Shown here: positions 1 through 8,456 of the stretch, piece by piece
Position numbering within the stretch: position 1 is the first letter of the stretch
Layout: every line of letters starts with the position of its first letter
Assembly: GCA_046330185.1 (NCBI GenBank)
Contig: JAXLTF010000013.1
Location: 16,568-80,567, forward strand
DNA: 64,000 bases
Source: Actinomycetota bacterium
GTDB taxonomy: Bacteria; Actinomycetota; UBA4738; HRBIN12
Reading direction: 5' to 3'
Notes under the pieces: model-generated
Seen by the model: the letters and a program-made list of their open reading frames with translations, nothing else
Databases searched by the model: none
What the model was told of the DNA's origin: nothing
Translations under genes and position numbers: made by a program

Positions 1-379
1 CGAGCGGCGCGGTACGGTCGTGAAATGGCTGGGCGACGGCGTGATGCTGTTCTTCGAGCGCCCGGACGACGGGGTGTCCGGCGCGCTCGAGCTGGTCGAA
101 CGCCTGCCCGCGGCGGGGTTGCCCCCGGCGCACGTGGGGATCGACGCAGGCCCGGTGATCGTCCAGGACGGCGACTACTTCGGGAGCACCGTGAACGTCT
201 CGGCACGGATCGCCGCCCGCGCCGGATCCGGCGAGGTCCTGCTCAGCGCGCGAGCGTTCGACGCGCTCGAGACCCTGCCCGGAGACGTCCGCGCCGAGGC
301 GCTCGGAGCCGTCGAGCTGAAGGGGGTCCCACAGCCGGTCCACCTCCATCGGCTCGAACGCGTCCGGATGACGACCTGA
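1..379 (+). CDS. class III adenylate/guanylate cyclase, C-terminal part of the catalytic domain (5' end lies outside the window)
   Basis: The reading frame is open from base 2. 'ERRGTVVKWLGDGVMLFF...GIDAGPVIVQDGDYFGSTVNVSARIA' matches the class III cyclase catalytic core (K-x-GDG-x-M-x-F ... G-x-x-VN-x-A-x-R). Confidence 0.7.
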   Translation, partial: ERRGTVVKWLGDGVMLFFERPDDGVSGALELVERLPAAGLPPAHVGIDAGPVIVQDGDYFGSTVNVSARIAARAGSGEVLLSARAFDALETLPGDVRAEALGAVELKGVPQPVHLHRLERVRMTT

Positions 380-485
380 CGAGGCCTGCCGCGGGCCGAT
401 CCACGCTCGATCCGCCGCCCGATCGTTCCGTAGCCGTTGGCCTAAGATTCCGCGACCGAGAACCTGAGCGATCGGAGGAAGCGGG

Positions 486-1955
486 ATGAAGCGGATCATG
501 GCGATCGGCGTGTTCTTCGAGCTTGCCCTGTTGATCATCGGGCTCGCGTGGATCGTGCCGATCACCCGCTCGAAGGCGACGTCCACGACGGCGGACGGCA
601 CCACTGCGGCGCCCTCCTACAAGGCCGATGGGCCGAACGGCACCGTGGTCGAGGTGAACCTGACGGCGCACGAGACGACCCAGGAGATCGCGCCCGACGT
701 GAAGTACCACGTGTGGACGTTCAACGACACGACGCCCGGCCCGGTGATCCGCGTGGGCCTCGGCGACACGATCCGCTTCACCCTGACGAACGACAGCGAG
801 ATCGGGATGCAGCACTCGATCGACTTCCACGCGGCGATGACGCCCTGGGCGAACCTCCCGACCGACGGGTCCTCCACCCTCACCGGCAACTACCAGCCGG
901 TCAACCCGGGCGAGACGCTCACGTTCGACTGGGTCGCGATGTACCCCGGCGTCTTCATGTACCACTGCGGCGTGAACCCGGTCCTTCAGCACATCGCGAA
1001 CGGCATGTACGGCGCGATCATCGTCTCGCCCCCGGACCTGCCGGCCGAGCGCGAGTTCGTGCTCGTCTCGAGCGAGTTCTACCCCGGCGCGAAGCCGATC
1101 CAGGGTCTGTTCGAGGGCGATCTGGAGCGGATGCACGCAGTCGACCCCGAGTACGTCGTCTTCAACGGCGGCGCCAACCGCTACGTGACCACCCCGCTCG
1201 AGGTGCGGCCGAACGAGCGGTTCCGGATCTGGGTGATGAACGCGGGACCGACCCTCTTGAATCCCTTCCACGTGATCGGGACGTTGTTCGACGTGACCTA
1301 CGTCGACGGGAACCCCGCCAACCCGCTATACGGGCTGCAGACGTACGGCATCCCGCCCAGCGGCGGAGCGATGTTCGAGCTGCAGATCCCGGACGCGGGG
1401 CTGTATCCGTTCGTCACCCACGCGTTCGCTTACACGGATCGGGGGGCCGTCGGCCTGATCAGGGTCGACCCGAACGCCCCGCCGGCGCCCGAGTCGTACC
1501 CGTTGATGGGCGACCCGTTCACCGCCGGGGCGACCGCGGCGGCGGGCTCAGGGGGCGGCGGAGCGCCTTCCCCGACCGGCCCGACCGGCCCGACCGGCAC
1601 GACCGGCACGACCGGCACGACCGGCACGACGGGCGCGACGGGCTCCACGGCGAGCTGCACCCCCTCCGGATCGAAGCTCACGATCTCGGCGACGAACTCC
1701 GTCTTCGACACGGACTGCCTGGCCGTCCCGGCCGGCACACCGTTCACGATCGCGTTCGACAACATGGATCCCGGCATACCCCACAACGTGTCGATATACA
1801 CCGACAGCTCCGCGGCCACCTCGCTGTTCACCGGCGAGATGATCACGGGGCCGGACAAGATCACGTACCAGGTCGACGCGCTGGAGGCCGGCACCAACTT
1901 CTTCCGGTGCGACGTGCACCCGACGACGATGACCGGGACGTTCGTGGTGGCGTGA
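486..1955 (+). CDS. nirK: copper-containing nitrite reductase (NirK-type) with an N-terminal membrane anchor and a fused C-terminal cupredoxin domain
   Basis: A GGAGGA ribosome-binding site precedes the ATG. 'HSIDFHAA' (T1 His, catalytic Asp, T2 His) and 'MYHCGVNPVLQHIANGMYG' (T2 His, T1 Cys...His...Met) match NirK, and there are no HxH multicopper-oxidase motifs. The N-terminus is hydrophobic ('AIGVFFELALLIIGLAWIV'). The last ~95 aa carry cupredoxin ligand motifs 'HNVSIY' and 'FFRCDVHPTTMTG'. Confidence 0.8.
   Translation: MKRIMAIGVFFELALLIIGLAWIVPITRSKATSTTADGTTAAPSYKADGPNGTVVEVNLTAHETTQEIAPDVKYHVWTFNDTTPGPVIRVGLGDTIRFTLTNDSEIGMQHSIDFHAAMTPWANLPTDGSSTLTGNYQPVNPGETLTFDWVAMYPGVFMYHCGVNPVLQHIANGMYGAIIVSPPDLPAEREFVLVSSEFYPGAKPIQGLFEGDLERMHAVDPEYVVFNGGANRYVTTPLEVRPNERFRIWVMNAGPTLLNPFHVIGTLFDVTYVDGNPANPLYGLQTYGIPPSGGAMFELQIPDAGLYPFVTHAFAYTDRGAVGLIRVDPNAPPAPESYPLMGDPFTAGATAAAGSGGGGAPSPTGPTGPTGTTGTTGTTGTTGATGSTASCTPSGSKLTISATNSVFDTDCLAVPAGTPFTIAFDNMDPGIPHNVSIYTDSSAATSLFTGEMITGPDKITYQVDALEAGTNFFRCDVHPTTMTGTFVVA
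1572..1643 (+). repeat. in-frame 9-bp tandem repeat (8 units) encoding the (PTG)3(TTG)4ATG linker inside nirK
   Basis: Read directly: ccgaccggc x3, acgaccggc x3, acgacgggc, gcgacgggc. It lies between the NirK core and the C-terminal cupredoxin. Confidence 0.9.
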
Positions 1956-1966
1956 GAGGAGCGTCC

Positions 1967-2313
1967 TGGTGGAGGTGAGGGGATTCGAACCCCTGTCTCC
2001 GGGCGACCGTTCGGGGCTTCTCCGGGCGCAGCCAGGCGGTCGGGGTTCGCCTCGAGGCTCCCGCCGGCGGAGACCCTGTCGGCTAGTGCGGGTGAGGTGT
2101 CCGGCGCCGGCCCCCGCACGGAGCCGCCGCCGTGAGCCTGCTCACGACGCCCATCCCCCGGTCGCAGGCGGCCCGAGGGGGGCGGCTACTTAGTTAAGCA
2201 GCGAGCGCGTAGTCATCGGCGCTTGTGTTGGTTCCGGCGTTTAACGAGACTCCGGAGATCTCGGCCCGCTTCTCCCGGACGGCATCCGTCCAGATCGAAG
2301 CCAGAGCACCGCG
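1967..2313 (-). ncRNA. ssrA: tmRNA (ssrA)
   Basis: The minus strand ends ...CAGGGGTTCGAATCCCCTCACCTCCACCA, a tRNA-like T-arm plus ACCA at position 1967. The 5' part, GGTGCTCTGGCTTCGATCTGGACGG...CTCGTTAAAC, resembles the tmRNA 5' consensus. An internal tag frame GCC GAT GAC TAC GCG CTC GCT GCT TAA (2194-2220) encodes ...ADDYALAA*. The 5' end is approximate. Confidence 0.8.
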
Positions 2314-2768
2314 TGCAGGTCCTCGAGCGAACAGGACCCGCTCCGCCCGCGAGACCTCGCGCGTGCGCAGCAGGTCGAGGATGTGGCGGCGACCTCTCCG
2401 ATCGCCTCGGCGATCCCGTTCAGGTACGGCGCATCGCCGACGGCGAGGTCCTCCGGCGTCGGGATCGGCGCGTCCGTGACGAGCGCGAGCGTCACGTTCG
2501 CCTCCGCGTACTCCTTCTCCGCGTCGGCGACGTACCCGGCCCATCGCACCACCGGCTGGCGCGCGCTGGCCTCGAGGCCGTCGTCGATCGCGGCGCGCGA
2601 GTCCGCGATCAGCTGCCGAGCGCGGTCGATCTCGCCGCGATGGATCGCCCTGATCGCGTTCGCGCTGGCGCGGATGGAGCGGCGGGACGCCGGCAGCACA
2701 CGCTCGCGGGCGGCGTTGGTCGCGTCGAGGCGCTCGTGGAGTCCGCGGGCGAGCTCGTCCAGTTCCAC
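2241..2768 (-). pseudogene. translin-family-like protein, frame-disrupted; its 3' end runs into the tmRNA gene
   Basis: The N-terminal ~125 aa ('GYVADAEKEYAEA', 'YLNGIAEAIGE') look translin-like. The expected continuation 'RRHILDLLRTREVSRAERVL' lies in a different frame between ~2395 and ~2337, and the original frame then resumes ('LEDLHAVLW'). The family assignment is from memory of the motif only. Confidence 0.4.
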
Positions 2769-2811
2769 CCGTCGAGCCTACGCGGCTGGGACCCGGCCGC
2801 GTAGGGCTGGT

Positions 2812-3410
2812 TCAGGCGCGGGCCGGCGCCTCCTCAGCGGGCATCACCACGACGTGCACGCGGTCTCCCTCTCCGACCGACCCGAGCCCGTTGAAGGTCG
2901 GGCGCGGCCAGGTGCTACGGCCCTCCGCCACGTAGCGCGGGGCCGCCGTGGCCGCGGGACGCGCCCTGGGCTCCGGGGCGGGCCGGCGTGCGGCGCGTGC
3001 GACCTCATGGGGGTGCGGCGTGCGGTGCTTGATCGTCAGCAGGAGCCACACGTACAGGACCAGCAGCACGCCCAAGATCGCGGTCGCGGCCCACGCGACC
3101 CGACGCAGCGGCGGCACGAGCCCGATCAGGAACGTGAGCCCGATCGCCTCGAGCAGGAAGGCCAGCACCTGACGGCGCCGTTCACGGGCCCTCGCCCGGC
3201 GGCGCTCGGTGGGGCCGACGAACCGGACCCCTTGCGCGGGGTCATGATCCACCGACCGGGCTCGCCGTGCGTCTGTGCCTGCGCCAAGAGCTCCATCCTG
3301 CGTTCGAAATCCTCGACGCTCGCCGAGGCCCTCGCCTCCCGCCGGTTGGCCGACGGGAACAGGAACGCGGCCCACATGATGCCTAACGCGGCGACGAGTA
3401 GCCACTGCAC
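2812..3410 (-). CDS. conserved membrane protein, with one frameshift near 3235
   Basis: The N-terminal piece 'MQWLLVAALGIMWAAFLFPSANRRE...GRWIMTPRKG' (frame of ORF 3126-3410) continues as 'VRFVGPTERRRARARERRRQVLAFLLEAIGLTFLIGLVPPL...' (frame of ORF 2812-3405). There are three hydrophobic segments. Confidence 0.5.
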
Positions 3411-3626
3411 GCGCCAGCCTCCTGTCCGCTCGAACCCCGGTTCAGCACAACATTCAGGCTGGGGGTCGCAGCGTAGCGCCCATATGTGGGGCGGGAAAGC
3501 ACATCCGTGTGATCCGCCGGGAACCGGCCACCGCGGGCCGCCCAGCGGCCGGGGTCGGGGCCGTTTCCCGCGATAGGGACGGAGGACCTACGTGACTCGG
3601 GGAAGGGGACGATAACGTTGAAGGAC

Positions 3627-6035
3627 ATGCGCATAGCCTTCGTCTCCACGTACCCGCCCCGTCGCTGCGGGATCGCCACCTTCACGGCCGACCTGATCGG
3701 GGCGATCCGCGAGGCCGACGACCGTACGAAGGCCCGCGTGGCCGCGATCGACGAGCGCAACGTCGTGCGCGCCTACCGGAACGAGGTCCGCTGGCGCATC
3801 CGCCAGGGCAAGCCCGAGAGCTACGTCGCCACGGCCCACGCGATCAACGGCTCGAACGCCGACGTCGTGTGCATCCAGCACGAGTTCGGCCTCTACGGGA
3901 TCTGGCGCGACGAGGGCTGGGACGGCGATGCCTGGATCGAGGGCAACTACGTCGACCACCTGGTGCCGATGCTGGAGTCGCTCCGCAAGCCCGTCCTGGT
4001 CACGCTCCACACGGTCCTGCCCGAGCCCAGCCCCGCCATCCGCGAGGCGGTGCGCGAGATCGCCGGCGCCGCCGACGGGCTGGTCGTGATGGCCGAGACC
4101 GCGGTGCGGATCCTCGATGAGGTCTACGGCGTCACCGGCACCCCGACGACCGTGATCCCGCACGGCATGCCGCACATCGAGCCGAAGGGCCGCCGGAAGC
4201 TGAAGGACAAGATGGGCCTCGAGGGACGGCAGATCATCTCGACGTTCGGTCTGGTCGGACCGGGGAAGGGCCTCGAGTACGTGATCGAGGCCATGCCCTA
4301 CATCGTCAAGGACCACCCGAACGCCCTGTACCTGATCGCCGGACAGACGCACCCCGAGCTGCTCAAGCACCAGGGCGAGTCCTACCGGAACAAGCTGGTC
4401 GCGATGGTCGAGGGCCTGGGGATGGCCGACCACGTCGCGTTCGTGAACCAGTACCTCGCGCAGAAGGACGTGATCGACTACCTCCTGGCGAGCGACGTCT
4501 ACGTGACCCCGTACCTGGATCCGAACCAGATCACGAGCGGCACGCTGTCCTACGCGCTCGGCGCCGGGAAGGCGGTCGTGTCGACGCCGTACCTGCACGC
4601 CGTCGAGGCGCTCGCCGACGAACGGGGCCTGCTGGTCGAGTTCCGCTCGCCCGAGTCGATCGCCGAGGCCGTGAACGCGATCCTGTCGGATCCGGAGCTG
4701 AAGCGGAAGCTCGAGCGCAACGCGTACGTGTACGCGAACGAGGCCACGTGGCCCAAGACCGGCGCGAGGTTCCTCGAGACGATGCAGGGGCTGATCGATG
4801 CCTCCCCGGAGCGTGTGCGTCGCAAGGAGGGACCGCCCCGCGAACCGGTCCCGATCGCCGCGCGTCTTCCCCGCAACCCGCTGATCCGACCGCGCGACGT
4901 TCCGCCGTCGCAGGAGGGGTTCGAGGTCATCTCGACCATCAACCCCGGCGTCGCGAAGGTGGGCGACGAGACGATCCTGCTGGTCCGGGTGGCCGAACGC
5001 CCGCGGCCGGCGACCGACCTGCCCGAGGACGCTCAGATGGTCGACCTGACCGATGCCGAACCGAAGCTCGTTCCGCTGCCGGCCGAGATCAGCCGTGAGC
5101 GGCTGATCGGCATGGCCTTCTTCGACACGGAGCACGACCCGCCGCACGTCCGGATCGGCTACGTCCCGCGTGATCTGCCGGGGTTGGACCTCTCAGACCC
5201 GCGCACCATCCGCTACCGCAACGCGGCGGGTGCGTTCGCCCCGGGCAACGAGGAGTTCACCGACTACCTCACGCACACGTCGCACCTGCGCGTCGCGCGC
5301 AGCGAGGACGGCGTGCTGTTCGCGGTCGACCCCGATCCGACCATCGTGCCGTCGTCTCGACTGGAGGAGTACGGCATCGAGGATCCGCGGGTCACCCTCA
5401 TCGACGGCGTCTACCACATCACGTACGTGTCCGTGAGCCGGCTGGGGATCACCACGAGCCGCCTGACGACCACCGACTTCCGCAGCTTCAAGCGCGAGGG
5501 CGTGATGTTCCATCCGGACCAGAAGGACGTCGTGATCTTCCCCGAGAGGATCGGCGGCCGCTACGTCGCGCTCACGCGCCCGATGCCCGGCTCCTTCGGG
5601 CGCGTCCTGGGGATCTGGATGGCGAGCTCCGACGACCTCGACAGCTGGGGCGACCACCAGCCGGTTGCGCTGCCCCGTTCCGGCATGTGGGACGAGATGC
5701 GGATCGGCGCGAGCTGCGTCCCGTTCCGCGTCGACGGCGGCTGGCTGGAGATCTACCACGGATCCGACCGCGCCAACCGCTACGGGATGGGCGCGATGCT
5801 CCTGGACGCCGGCGACCCGTCCAAGGTGCTCGCACGGACGCCCCGTCCGATCCTCGCGCCCGAGATCGACTACGAGCACGACGGCTTCCTCCGTGACGTG
5901 GTCTTCCCCACCGGGTGCGTGCCGCTGGACGGGGCGGGATCTCGGGTCCGCGTCTACTACGGCGCCGCGGACGAGTCGCTCTGCGCCGCCGACTTCGACG
6001 TGGCCCAGATCCTGGCGAACCTGGAATCCCTGTAG
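3627..6035 (+). CDS. bifunctional fusion of a GT4 glycosyltransferase (N-terminal) and a GH130 beta-mannoside-phosphorylase-like domain (C-terminal)
   Basis: 'MRIAFVSTYPPRRCGIATFTADL' and 'GKGLEYVIEA...' are typical of the GT4/GT-B family. The C-terminal ~370 aa ('FNPGVAKVGDETILLVRVAE', 'EDPRVTLIDGVYHITY', 'RIGASCVPFRVDGGWLEIYHGSD', 'RVYYGAADESLCAA') are typical of the GH130 five-bladed propeller. The ATG at 3627 follows a GGGAAGGGGA ribosome-binding site. The track ORF starts at a TTG at 3618. Confidence 0.8.
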   Translation: MRIAFVSTYPPRRCGIATFTADLIGAIREADDRTKARVAAIDERNVVRAYRNEVRWRIRQGKPESYVATAHAINGSNADVVCIQHEFGLYGIWRDEGWDGDAWIEGNYVDHLVPMLESLRKPVLVTLHTVLPEPSPAIREAVREIAGAADGLVVMAETAVRILDEVYGVTGTPTTVIPHGMPHIEPKGRRKLKDKMGLEGRQIISTFGLVGPGKGLEYVIEAMPYIVKDHPNALYLIAGQTHPELLKHQGESYRNKLVAMVEGLGMADHVAFVNQYLAQKDVIDYLLASDVYVTPYLDPNQITSGTLSYALGAGKAVVSTPYLHAVEALADERGLLVEFRSPESIAEAVNAILSDPELKRKLERNAYVYANEATWPKTGARFLETMQGLIDASPERVRRKEGPPREPVPIAARLPRNPLIRPRDVPPSQEGFEVISTINPGVAKVGDETILLVRVAERPRPATDLPEDAQMVDLTDAEPKLVPLPAEISRERLIGMAFFDTEHDPPHVRIGYVPRDLPGLDLSDPRTIRYRNAAGAFAPGNEEFTDYLTHTSHLRVARSEDGVLFAVDPDPTIVPSSRLEEYGIEDPRVTLIDGVYHITYVSVSRLGITTSRLTTTDFRSFKREGVMFHPDQKDVVIFPERIGGRYVALTRPMPGSFGRVLGIWMASSDDLDSWGDHQPVALPRSGMWDEMRIGASCVPFRVDGGWLEIYHGSDRANRYGMGAMLLDAGDPSKVLARTPRPILAPEIDYEHDGFLRDVVFPTGCVPLDGAGSRVRVYYGAADESLCAADFDVAQILANLESL

Positions 6036-6075
6036 TCCTGGCCTGGATCTCGATCGTCTGCGACCCTCTCCGGCG

Positions 6076-7113
6076 ATGCTGCGACAGCTGGCCCGCCTGA
6101 CCCGCCCGATGCGCGCCGCGGGCCCGGACGCCCTCGCGGTCGCCGTCTACGGCGACGCGCTCGATCGCCACGTGGACGCGAAGGAGTCCGGGTACGAGGG
6201 CGTCGCGTGCGTCGACGACGCCGCCCGCCTGCTGGACGTCCTGTGCGACGTCTGGCTGCGGACGAGGCTCCCCGCCATCGAGCGGTGGGCGCGGGGGCTG
6301 CTCGACTTCGTGCTGTGGATGCAGACCGACGACGGCCGCTGGGTGAACTTCGTCTACGGCTGGGACGGCGAGCAGAACCACGAGGGCCTCACCTCGGTCC
6401 GCGGCGAGAACTTCTGGCACGCCCGCGCGCTGCTCGGCCTCTCGAACGCCTGGATCGTGCTGAAGGACGAGCGCGCCGAGCGAGCGCTGTCGGCGGGGTT
6501 CGCGCACGCCGCGGCGAAGCCGGCGCCCGCCGACGTGCGAGCGGTCCACATGGAGGTTGCGCGCCGGCTGATCCGGACCGGCTCGACGAAGCTCGTCCCC
6601 GTGCTGGACGGATGGGCGCAGGAGCTGGTCGCCTGTCGTACCGACGACGTGCTGATGAACTCGCTCGAGGAGACGGGCGTGCCGCACCTGTGGGCGCACA
6701 TCCAGGAGGGCGTGCTGGCGGACGCGGGCATCCTGCTCGGCGATCCGAGGCTCGTGGACGTGGCGGCGGAGAGCGCCCGGGCCGTGCTGGTCCCCGCCGT
6801 CGAGGGCGGGTTCGATCGGCCCAGCGTGTCCCCGTACGACGTGTCCAGCACGATCTTCTCGATGGACCGGCTGGCGCGGGCCCGTGACGACGGCGGCTGG
6901 TCATCGCTGGCCGAGGACGCGCGGGACTGGTTCTCGGGCCGCAACACGGCCGGCGCGCCCGTCTACGACGAGGGGCGGGGACGGGTCGCCGACGGCGTCG
7001 ACGAGGGCCGCCTGAACCGGAACTCCGGCGCGGAGTCGAACATCGTGGCCGCCGAGGTGTTGATGGAGGCGGCGATGCGCTCGGCCGCCGAGGTGGAGCT
7101 GCCGGGCGCCTGA
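6076..7113 (+). CDS. hypothetical protein (345 aa), likely co-transcribed with the GT4-GH130 gene
   Basis: The ATG at 6076 lies 40 nt after the upstream stop. The composition is balanced and non-repetitive ('WARGLLDFVLWMQTDDGRWVNFVYGWDG...NFWHARALLGLSNAW'), which is reminiscent of alpha/alpha-toroid glycoside-hydrolase-like proteins. I recognise no firm family. Confidence 0.5.
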   Translation: MLRQLARLTRPMRAAGPDALAVAVYGDALDRHVDAKESGYEGVACVDDAARLLDVLCDVWLRTRLPAIERWARGLLDFVLWMQTDDGRWVNFVYGWDGEQNHEGLTSVRGENFWHARALLGLSNAWIVLKDERAERALSAGFAHAAAKPAPADVRAVHMEVARRLIRTGSTKLVPVLDGWAQELVACRTDDVLMNSLEETGVPHLWAHIQEGVLADAGILLGDPRLVDVAAESARAVLVPAVEGGFDRPSVSPYDVSSTIFSMDRLARARDDGGWSSLAEDARDWFSGRNTAGAPVYDEGRGRVADGVDEGRLNRNSGAESNIVAAEVLMEAAMRSAAEVELPGA

Positions 7114-7149
7114 CCTTGACGCGACCCGATCCCGCACCTTGACGCGACC
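7113..7149. repeat. two perfect 14-bp direct repeats (accttgacgcgacc) with a 23-bp period
   Basis: Read directly at 7113-7126 and 7136-7149. Each copy contains a TTGACG (-35-like) hexamer. They lie between the 6076-7113 gene and the HNH gene. Confidence 0.85.
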
Positions 7150-7172
7150 ACGGGCTCGAGCCCTCGGGTCGC
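7144..7172 (+). terminator. GC-rich hairpin downstream of the 6076-7113 gene (possible intrinsic terminator without a U-tract)
   Basis: GCGACC-ac-GGGCTCGAGCCC-tc-GGGTCGC. The outer arms are complementary and the inner 12-mer is a perfect palindrome. It begins 31 nt after the stop codon. Confidence 0.3.
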
Positions 7173-7292
7173 TCGCGGACCGTCGCCTCGATCCCCCGTT
7201 CGCCTCCGCCCGGTCCCGAATCCTTCCGAGGACTTCACCCATCGAGTGAGCCAGGTCACAGCGGGAGGAGACCGGCACGTAGCATCGAACGC

Positions 7293-8449
7293 ATGTTCGA
7301 GTACGTGGAGAGCACCGCTCCGGCATCGGTCGTGTCGGCGATCACGCCGAGGCCCTGCTCGCCGAGGCCGATGCCGCCCACGCAGAGGTAGGGCCGCCGA
7401 GCTCCGGCTCCTTCGTGCCATCCGTGGGCTGGACGAGGCCGGGGCATGGCTCTGCGAAGGCGCCCGCGACACCTCCCACCTGGTCTCCATGCGCTACGGC
7501 ATCTCGTGCTGGAAGGCACGGCGCTGGATCAGGGCCGCGCACGCCCTGGTGGCGCTGCCCCGGATCGCCCGCGCCCTGGAGCGTGGGGAGCTCTCGCTCG
7601 ACGAGGTATGCGAGCTCGCCCGGTTCGCTACGCCCGCGGACGAGGCGGGCCTGATCGCGTGGGCCGCGCGCGTCTCGGTAGCCACGATCCGGCACCGCGG
7701 CGACCTGGAGGTGCGCCGCACCGCCGAGCAGGTCCTGGAGCCCGAGCGCTGCCGGTACCTCGACACCTGGTACACCGAGGACGGCCGCTTCGGCATGCAG
7801 GCGGAGCTCCCCGCGGCGCAGGGCCGGGTGGTGGAGCTCGCGATCGAACGCCTTACCGAGCGCATCCCCCCGATGCCGGACGAGGCGGGTGAGGAGGGTA
7901 GTCGGGCACGGCGCGCCGACGCCCTGGTGGCGCTCTGCTCGGCGGGCCTCGGGGCCGATCCAGATCCTGACCGGGCAACGGTCGTCGTTCACGCGACGGT
8001 CGAAGCCCTCGGGGGCCGGGCGAACGCCGAGGTGGAGTCGGGTCCGGTGATCAAGGACACCAACGCTCGAGCGCCTCGCGTGCTCGGCCCGGCTGCAGAT
8101 CGTGACCGAGGACGAGGCGGGCACGGTGGTGGAGCACACCCCCGCCCGGCGGGTCCCACCTGCCTGGATGGTGCGCCAGGTGCGCTACCGCGACCGCGGC
8201 TGCACGTTCCCCGGGTGCGGGACCCGCGCGTTCGCCCGGGCTCATCACATCCGGTTCTGGTCCCGCGGCGGGCGGACCGAGCTCTCCAACCTCGCGCTGA
8301 TCTGCTCGTTCCACCACCGGTTGGTCCACGAGTGGGGCTGGGGGCTCGCGAGGGAGCCGGACGGGGACCTCCGGTGGTCCAGGCCCGACGGCCGTCGTTA
8401 CCTGGGTGGTCCGTCGCGGGGAGATCCGGCGCTCGCGGATACGGGCTGA
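7293..8449 (+). pseudogene. DUF222-type HNH endonuclease, with multiple frameshifts
   Basis: It starts 'MFEYVE...' and the sequence then continues in two other frames ('AEALLAEADAAHAEVG', then 'ELRLLRAIRGLDEAGAWLCEGARDTSHLV'). Another shift near 8050 joins '...ESGPVI' to 'TLERLACSARLQIVTEDEAG...YRDRGCTFPGCGTRAFARAHHIRFWSRGGRTELSNLALICSFHHRLVHE' (the HNH motif). Confidence 0.75.
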
Positions 8450-8456
8450 CGGGGCG

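Noticed and set aside
243-1271. Many long ORFs in the track lie antisense to, or out of frame with, recognisable genes. Examples are 243-1271(-), 3588-5147(-), 30220-32700(+), 35158-37719(-) at 853 aa, 39672-41621(-) and 46728-48926(+).
   Set aside because: Their translations are dominated by Arg, Pro, Gly and Ala with no motifs. They overlap ORFs with clear family signatures. Stop-free alternate frames are expected in DNA this GC-rich.
1572-1643. Short tandem repeats at 1572-1643 and 11652-11696 were considered as a possible CRISPR array or other non-coding repeat array.
   Set aside because: The units are 9 or 18 bp, contiguous with no spacers, in frame, and encode PTG/TTG and GSG linkers inside genes. 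No cas genes are present.
1955-2000. A genomic island or prophage integrated at the tmRNA 3' end was considered.
   Set aside because: nirK ends 12 nt from the tmRNA 3' terminus. I saw no integrase, no duplicated copy of the tmRNA 3' segment and no phage-like genes nearby.
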